64,000 nt of DNA from Sulfurimonadaceae bacterium. GTDB taxonomy: Bacteria; Campylobacterota; Campylobacteria; Campylobacterales; Sulfurimonadaceae. Shown here one piece after another: positions 58,602 to 64,000 of this stretch. Made by a program: the position numbers and the translations under genes. Under the pieces are notes generated by a model, which saw nothing but the letters and a program-made list of their open reading frames with translations, was not told the DNA's origin and did no database searches. How positions within the stretch are numbered: the first letter of the stretch is position 1; the number at the start of each line of letters is the position of its first letter. The stretch covers positions 2,650 through 66,649 of the forward strand of contig JBNKJB010000012.1 of NCBI GenBank assembly GCA_050290965.1. The letters run 5' to 3'.

Positions 58602-59094
58602 AGTATTAATATTGATTCAAGCTTTTATTGCTTTATTGCTTTTGGTGTCTTACACAACATTTATGGCATTTGAAGTGGCATGGTTAAGCGCCTTATTGGT
58701 GGTGCTTGGTTCTATGTATAGCTATCGTAATCTTGTCAACAAGCGCCTTGAGAGCTATGAAACAGGAAATGATCCTGATGCAATTGATCGTCTTGAAGAC
58801 CCTTATGATCTTTATAGCGAAACCATTGAAAACGAAGAAGATACACGCGAGCTTAAAACGGTCATCAAAGAAGAAAAAGCACGCCTTAAAGCCTCCAAGG
58901 TTAATGGTATTAAAGAGGGTGCTCCGGCTATGATATCGCTTTATCGTGTTGTGCCTTACCTCTTGCTGGTTCTAGGTTTCATTGGTTTAAAAAACAATGA
59001 AATGCTAGAGCTTGTTCCCTATTTGATTGGACTTGGGGTAGGTATTTTAAGTGCGTTGTGGATTGGAAAAAGCAGCCTAAAAAAGGCAGTATAG
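58579..59094 (+). CDS. Hypothetical four-TM membrane protein with an acidic central loop
   Basis: The hydrophobic N-terminus starts at [14 protein letters not shown]. The start codon is uncertain (58567-58582). Confidence 0.45.
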   Translation: MMRTQSIRVLILIQAFIALLLLVSYTTFMAFEVAWLSALLVVLGSMYSYRNLVNKRLESYETGNDPDAIDRLEDPYDLYSETIENEEDTRELKTVIKEEKARLKASKVNGIKEGAPAMISLYRVVPYLLLVLGFIGLKNNEMLELVPYLIGLGVGILSALWIGKSSLKKAV

Positions 59095-59104
59095 TTAGGA
59101 TAGC

Positions 59105-59788
59105 TTAATCCGTTACAATGGGAATATTAATAGTAATTCGATCGGTTTTAAACTCGATAAAAAGATGATTTTCATCGGCGAGATGTTGAATTTCACCAGA
59201 ATTCTTTTTATCCAGACGATTTGAACTAATTTCAAGTGAAAAAAGAGAATATTTCACTCCTTCATATTTTACATGCTCCCCCACACGAAAATAGATTTTA
59301 AATTGAACAATATCACCGGAACAGGCACTAATGGAACGATTGATCATTTTAATAAAAGGATCAGTCTGCAAACGGATTTCGGGTAGGGTGGGGTCAAAAT
59401 CTTTTACAAATGTTTTGGCGCTTCCAATAGAGTTGGAGCTGATGCACAGATCAAGAATCGTATAGACATTGACCAAGTCACCATGATTTTTTGGTTTGGT
59501 AAATTTAAAAGAGGGCATTTGATAAAGGCGGATGCCAATACTCTCTTCATTATCATAGCCTACAGTGATGCCAAAAAATTTATAGCGTCCGTATTCAAGA
59601 TCCAAAAAAGTGGTTTTAAAGCCAAAGGTGTTGCTAGCATAGGTCATCGCCAGTTCATAGATGGACTTGGCGTCAATGCTGCCTAAAAGAAATTGCGCTT
59701 CACTATTAAGCGAAATGACTTTGGCATTGGCATCAAATATAATAAAAGGATTAAAATCATTTTCAATCCAAAGCTGGTCGAAAGTCAC
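59105..59788 (-). CDS. Hypothetical protein with a PAS-like N-terminal region
   Basis: 227 aa, starting 7 nt after the rpoD stop. FIIFDANAKVISLNSEAQFLLG resembles a PAS core. No other motif recognised. Confidence 0.5.
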   Translation of the reverse strand: MTFDQLWIENDFNPFIIFDANAKVISLNSEAQFLLGSIDAKSIYELAMTYASNTFGFKTTFLDLEYGRYKFFGITVGYDNEESIGIRLYQMPSFKFTKPKNHGDLVNVYTILDLCISSNSIGSAKTFVKDFDPTLPEIRLQTDPFIKMINRSISACSGDIVQFKIYFRVGEHVKYEGVKYSLFSLEISSNRLDKKNSGEIQHLADENHLFIEFKTDRITINIPIVTD

Positions 59789-59794
59789 GTTAGA

Positions 59795-61669
59795 TTACTC
59801 TTCAATATAGTTTTTGAGTTTACGACCCACTTTGGGATGTTTAAGTTTTTTGATAGCACTGCTCTCAATTTGACGTACACGCTCACGGGTAACATTAAGC
59901 TCTTTACCAATCTCTTCAAGCGTGCGGTCACTTTCATCATCCATAATACCAAAGCGCATTTTGATAACGGCTTTTTCACGTTCATTAAGCTGCTCAAGTA
60001 CCGATTCAATCTGAATTTTCAGATCCTCTTTCAAAATCGCATCTGAAGGCGAAAGCGACGTTTTGTCTTCAATAAAGTCACCAAAACGACCATCTTCTTC
60101 ATTGCCGATAGGAGCCTCAAGTGAAATAGGCTCTTTGGTGATCTTGATGACATTTTTAACTTTTTCAGCTGAAAGGCCTACTTCTTCAGCAATAATGTCA
60201 ACACTTGGTTCACGCCCATGCTCTTGCAGATATTTGCGCATAATTTTATTAATACGGTTAATGGTTTCAATCATATGGATTGGGATACGAATGGTGCGTG
60301 CTTGATCAGCAATAGCACGGCTAATAGCCTGACGAATCCACCACGTCGCATAGGTTGAAAATTTGTAGCCTTTTTGGTATTCAAACTTATCAACAGCTTT
60401 CATCAAACCAATATTGCCTTCTTGAATCAGATCCAAAAAGGGCAGTCCGCGATTGGTATAACGCTTGGCAATTGAAACGACCAGACGAAGGTTTGATTTT
60501 GCCATACGTGTTTTAGATTTTTCAGAAATACTTTTTCCGCGTTTGATCTGCTCCAGGATGTCATAAAGCTTTTCGGGCTCCATATCAAAACTGTCTTTGG
60601 ACGCTTCTTTAGTCTGAATCAGCTTTTTAACTTCCATATAGGTGCTTACCATGGTTGCTTCAGGCACTTTGAGTGCAATTTGTTCTTTGGTAAGATTGGT
60701 AATATTTTTGATGATATCGGTATGATTTTTTTTAAGCGTATCGTTAAAGAGTGGAAGCTTGTACTCTAAGCGTTTGAGTTCTTTGTCAAAACCTTCATCA
60801 CTTTTAAGTGCTGTTTCCATGGAACGTACAAGCTCGTTAATCAATTTTGAAGTAGGACCAAGATCCAGTAGTTTTTCACGTAATACCGATTTTTTAAAGC
60901 TGATTCCCAAGTAGTAAAAAACATCATCGACACTTGAAGCGGTGGTACTGTCTACTTCCAATCGGTCTTTGTCAATGCTTTTAAGCCAATCTTTTTTTGC
61001 TTTTTCGAGTGCTTTAAAACTTGTTATGACTTTTTCAACACGTTTTTTATCTTTGCTGCTCAGTGTTTTTTCACTATTACTTTCGTCATCGTCATCGTTG
61101 TCACTATCATCATCACTGTCATCATCATCGTTCTCTTTCTCATCTTCAAAACTTTTAAAAAGTTCTTTGACGCGACGTTCACGATTAATAAGTGGATCTT
61201 TATAGTCTAGGATAAAATCAATCAGATAGGGAACAGAGCAGATAGCATCAATAATAATGCCTTCACCCAATTCAATTCTTTTGGAGATTTCAATCTCTTC
61301 TTCTTTTGTTAAAAGTGGAATCTGTCCCATTTCGCGAAGATACATTCTAACAGGAGAATCAGAACGAGACCATTCCATAAGCTCGTGTTGACGTAAAATA
61401 TCAAACTCTTCAACATCCGCTTCTTCAAGGAGTTTCTGTTGCGCGACACGTCGTTCTTCGGCTTCTTGCTGGTTAAGAAGTTTGGCATGTTCTGATGCCG
61501 TATAAAGGCATTTGTTGTATTTTTCAGCAAGCTTATGAATTGCTTTTGCCTGAGCTTGAGTAGGTTGTTTGTCAAACAGATCTACAATGTTTTCATATGT
61601 AATACAGTTGGAAGATTTATGTTCGGAAAAAATTAATTCCAGATTTTTGTTAAATTCTTTTGCAGTCAT
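59795..61669 (-). CDS. rpoD: RNA polymerase primary sigma factor
   Basis: Region 2 reads [54 protein letters not shown]. Region 4 reads [20 protein letters not shown]. An acidic spacer is present. Confidence 0.97.
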   Translation of the reverse strand: MTAKEFNKNLELIFSEHKSSNCITYENIVDLFDKQPTQAQAKAIHKLAEKYNKCLYTASEHAKLLNQQEAEERRVAQQKLLEEADVEEFDILRQHELMEWSRSDSPVRMYLREMGQIPLLTKEEEIEISKRIELGEGIIIDAICSVPYLIDFILDYKDPLINRERRVKELFKSFEDEKENDDDDSDDDSDNDDDDESNSEKTLSSKDKKRVEKVITSFKALEKAKKDWLKSIDKDRLEVDSTTASSVDDVFYYLGISFKKSVLREKLLDLGPTSKLINELVRSMETALKSDEGFDKELKRLEYKLPLFNDTLKKNHTDIIKNITNLTKEQIALKVPEATMVSTYMEVKKLIQTKEASKDSFDMEPEKLYDILEQIKRGKSISEKSKTRMAKSNLRLVVSIAKRYTNRGLPFLDLIQEGNIGLMKAVDKFEYQKGYKFSTYATWWIRQAISRAIADQARTIRIPIHMIETINRINKIMRKYLQEHGREPSVDIIAEEVGLSAEKVKNVIKITKEPISLEAPIGNEEDGRFGDFIEDKTSLSPSDAILKEDLKIQIESVLEQLNEREKAVIKMRFGIMDDESDRTLEEIGKELNVTRERVRQIESSAIKKLKHPKVGRKLKNYIEE

Positions 61670-61794
61670 GGTTACTGGAGCGCTCCCCTCAGCATGTTAT
61701 TGCGAGTGTAATAAAGGGTTGGATTATACCCAGTTACTTATAAAGAGTTTCTTTAATAAACCATAACATATCGGTTAATAGCATTTTTCTAAAG

Positions 61795-61810
61795 TGGAAC
61801 ACCTCTTGCT
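61795..61810 (+). promoter_or_regulatory. Sigma54-type promoter (TGGAAC-N5-TTGCT) upstream of flgF/flgG
   Basis: The sequence TGGAACACCTCTTGCT has GG and GC spaced as in the -24/-12 consensus. It lies 35 nt upstream of the flgF ATG at 61845. Confidence 0.6.
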
Positions 61811-61844
61811 AGAAGTGCACTATATTAAAATTTCAGGATATGAA

Positions 61845-62669
61845 ATGCAAAGCGGATATTATGCAGCTGCAGGTGGTATGCTTACTCAGTTTAACCGTCT
61901 TGACACCGTTGCTAATAATCTTGCCAATACCAACACGGCAGGATATAAGAAAGATAATCTGATTGTGGGGGATTTTTTGCGTCTTTATAAACAAGCACGT
62001 GATGTATTGCCTCTTGAAAATCAAACGGTAGAAGGCGCGCAGTTTTATAATCGCTCCATGAACAGAACCCCTCAAGTTACAGATCGCTTTACAGATTTTT
62101 CGCTTGGCAGCATTGAAAAAACAGATAATACACTGGATTTTGCACTCACTCAAAAAGATCAATTTTTTGTTGTCAAAACACCACAAGGAATACGTTTGAC
62201 ACGTGATGGCTCGTTTAGCCTTAATGAAGAGGGAACATTAGTAACCAAGCAAGGTTATGAAGTACTGCCTTCTAATTATTTTCAAACACAGCAAGGCACC
62301 ATTACTTTTGATACGCAAGATGCTGTCATAGAAGCGGATAAAAATGGACAGTTTTACATCTCTGTTGCCGGTTCTGCGCAACTTGTACAAAGTAGCAAGT
62401 TAATGATTGCAACACCGCAAGATTCACAAATGCTTGTTAAGGAAGGAGATAATCTTTATAAGCCAGAATCTCTTGAAACGCTGAATGTGGATGAACAAAG
62501 CGGTGCACTTATGCAAGGTTTTGTAGAAAAAAGTAATGTCAATCCCATTCAAGAAATGGTAGCAATGATTGAAGCAAATCGTCTGGTTGGTATGTATCAA
62601 AAAGCTATGGATGCACAAATGAATGATATGAACCGTGACGCCATTGAAAAAATCGCACGTAAAGGATAA
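61845..62669 (+). CDS. flgF: Flagellar basal-body rod protein FlgF (FlgG2-like)
   Basis: The N-terminal rod motif LANTNTAGYKKD is present. The start is taken at MQSGYY, preceded by AGGA. The track start at 61794 would cover the sigma54 promoter. Confidence 0.85.
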   Translation: MQSGYYAAAGGMLTQFNRLDTVANNLANTNTAGYKKDNLIVGDFLRLYKQARDVLPLENQTVEGAQFYNRSMNRTPQVTDRFTDFSLGSIEKTDNTLDFALTQKDQFFVVKTPQGIRLTRDGSFSLNEEGTLVTKQGYEVLPSNYFQTQQGTITFDTQDAVIEADKNGQFYISVAGSAQLVQSSKLMIATPQDSQMLVKEGDNLYKPESLETLNVDEQSGALMQGFVEKSNVNPIQEMVAMIEANRLVGMYQKAMDAQMNDMNRDAIEKIARKG

Positions 62670-62672
62670 GTT

Positions 62673-63461
62673 ATGATGCAATCACTCTATACAAGTTCTA
62701 CCGGTATGTTGGGCATGCAAACCCAAATTGATACTACTGCCAATAATATTGCCAACGTTAACACTATTGGATTTAAAAAATCACGCGCTGAATTTGCCGA
62801 CTTAATGTATCGGGTTATGGAATATGCGGGAACTTCCACAAGTGATACTACCAAATCCCCAACAGGTATCGAAGTGGGCCTTGGGGTGCGCTCTACAGCA
62901 ATAAACAAACTCTTCTCCGAGGGCAGTTTAAAGCAGACTGATAATGATCTTGACATTGCCATCACCGGACGAGGCTTTTTTAAGATGGAACTACCTGATG
63001 GTACGGAAGTTTATTCTCGCAATGGCGCTTTTAAACGTGATGAAAATGGTACGATTGTTAACTCTGATGGGTATAAGCTCGTTCCTGAAATTGTCATTCC
63101 CGAAGATGCTACAAATATTAGTATCGGTACGGATGGCATTGTTACAGTGACGCAACCAGGGCAGGCTCAAGCTACTCAAATTGGTCAACTGCTAACCACC
63201 AATTTTATTAATCCTGCGGGACTGCATGCTATGGGTGACAACCTTTTTATAGAAACAGATAGTTCAGGCCAACCGATAGATGGTACGCCTGGTGTTGACG
63301 GACTGGGTGTATTACGACAAGGGTTTGTAGAGCTTAGCAATGTACAGCTTGTTGTGGAATTGACAGACCTTATTACCGGACAACGTGCTTATGATGCCAA
63401 CTCTAAAGTCATTACAACCAGTGATGAAATGCTCCAAACAACTAATGGACTAAAACGTTAA
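62673..63461 (+). CDS. flgG: Flagellar basal-body distal rod protein FlgG
   Basis: MMQSLYTSSTGM..IANVNTIGFKK and C-terminal GFVELSNV..MITGQRAYDANSKVITTSDEM. 262 aa. Confidence 0.93.
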   Translation: MMQSLYTSSTGMLGMQTQIDTTANNIANVNTIGFKKSRAEFADLMYRVMEYAGTSTSDTTKSPTGIEVGLGVRSTAINKLFSEGSLKQTDNDLDIAITGRGFFKMELPDGTEVYSRNGAFKRDENGTIVNSDGYKLVPEIVIPEDATNISIGTDGIVTVTQPGQAQATQIGQLLTTNFINPAGLHAMGDNLFIETDSSGQPIDGTPGVDGLGVLRQGFVELSNVQLVVELTDLITGQRAYDANSKVITTSDEMLQTTNGLKR

Positions 63462-63596
63462 AGTCCATAAACAAGGCTTATATTTTATGATATTAGCTTT
63501 GGCACATCTTTTTTCCCGATATTTTTTTCAGCCGCTCTTGGGTATAATCACAAAAATTAATTTCGGGGCAACTCGAAACATTTTAGGATTTTGTCT

Positions 63597-64000
63597 ATGC
63601 ATATTATTGAAGGAAATGTTTGGAATTTTGGTAAAGATATAGATACTGATCTTATTATTGCAGCCAGATACCTCAATACTTCTGATCCCAAAGAGCTTGC
63701 CAAGCATGTTATGGAAGATGCTGATCCAGAATTTGTAACCAAAATGCGTCCAGGGGATATTATTGTTGCTGATGAAAATTTTGGTTGCGGTTCTTCTAGA
63801 GAACATGCGCCAATTGCTCTTAAAGCAGCAGGTGTTGCAGCTGTAGTAGCACCTACATTTGCCCGTATTTTTTATCGTAATGCCTTTAACATGGGGCTTC
63901 CGATTTTTGAACTTCCACAAAGCATGGAGATCAAAGAGGGCGAAACCATTGCCATAAATATGGATGCTGGTACCATTACCAATAAGAGCACTGGAAAAGT
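63597..64000 (+). CDS. leuD: 3-isopropylmalate dehydratase small subunit, 5' part (continues beyond the window)
   Basis: My own translation from the ATG at 63597 reads MHIIEGNVWNFGKDIDTDLIIAARYL..ENFGCGSSREHAPIALK..FARIFYRNAFNMGLP. It has no stop in the window, so it is absent from the ORF track. TATAAT is at 63543-63548 and AGGA at 63584-63587. Confidence 0.85.
   Translation, partial: MHIIEGNVWNFGKDIDTDLIIAARYLNTSDPKELAKHVMEDADPEFVTKMRPGDIIVADENFGCGSSREHAPIALKAAGVAAVVAPTFARIFYRNAFNMGLPIFELPQSMEIKEGETIAINMDAGTITNKSTGK

Noticed and set aside
61081-61135. GAT/GAC-rich repetitive DNA encoding [18 protein letters not shown] within rpoD.
   Set aside because: It is a low-complexity acidic spacer typical of primary sigma factors. 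It is not an independent tandem-repeat element.
63501-63516. TGGCAC downstream of flgG, as a possible second sigma54 promoter for leuD.
   Set aside because: The -12 position reads TTTTC rather than TTGC. A good TATAAT at 63543-63548 explains leuD transcription better.
243-63920. Many 60-130 aa ORFs in the six-frame track lie antisense to, or out of frame within, the long genes. Examples are 243-515, 948-1301, 9907-10272, 16576-16959, 43327-43596, 50552-51157, 60942-61205 and 63528-63920.
   Set aside because: Each lies wholly inside a longer ORF whose translation carries clear conserved family motifs. Their own translations are low-complexity or compositionally odd and have no plausible RBS. 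I treat them as shadow ORFs.
1-64000. Search for CRISPR arrays, rRNA or tRNA genes, transposases, integrases, prophage genes or defence-island genes.
   Set aside because: I saw no regularly spaced direct repeats, no tRNA-like or rRNA-like segments in the short intergenic regions, and no ORF with recombinase, nuclease or helicase hallmarks. The window looks like core chromosome, so I do not claim a novel multi-gene system.

Overview
This 64 kb window reads as densely packed core chromosome. I found no rRNA or tRNA genes, CRISPR array, transposase or integrase. The source is probably a member of the Campylobacterota, possibly Sulfurospirillum-like. That guess rests on gene content, a sigma54-type flagellar promoter and roughly 40% GC judged by eye, and it is inference only.

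Gene content, in order:
- aroB 3' end, an MscS-family channel, a MiaB-family radical-SAM enzyme, an FtsH paralog, a BioV-like esterase and mogA.
- A MarR gene followed by an OMF-MFP-RND efflux operon, an outer-membrane barrel protein, and a DUF1538x2/P-II fusion.
- frdCAB, xth, a DUF1566 protein, yaeQ, a type-E sdhA/sdhB/CCG-subunit operon and a degenerate GGDEF protein.
- thiL-truD-psd.
- A long minus-strand housekeeping run: ychF, pepA, trpB, apt, rpiB, an M50 protease, lepB, folD.
- Cytochrome c, a CitE-like lyase and two lipoproteins.
- A six-gene Ech-type [NiFe] hydrogenase operon, followed by CAP-domain and pentapeptide-repeat genes.
- An envelope cluster: TamA/TamB-like, a split LetA/PqiA, a seven-MCE LetB/PqiB-like protein, and TonB.
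- hemL, two small membrane proteins, rpoD plus a downstream hypothetical, flgF/flgG, and the leuD 5' end.

I did not find a recognisable new multi-gene system such as a defence, toxin or secretion island.

The one unusual signal is a 10-bp perfect palindrome, TTACATGTAA:
- It has 21 exact copies, and the 8-mer core TACATGTA occurs 33 times. Chance expectation for the 10-mer is well below one copy.
- Copies lie inside unrelated housekeeping genes on both strands and are enriched in the small non-coding fraction.
- Some copies are paired, some sit within longer perfect palindromes, and two abut ribosome-binding sites.
- This resembles cyanobacterial HIP1 or DNA-uptake sequences. I do not know of such a word being described for this lineage.

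All product calls rest on motifs visible in the translations and on recalled family knowledge. No database search was possible.
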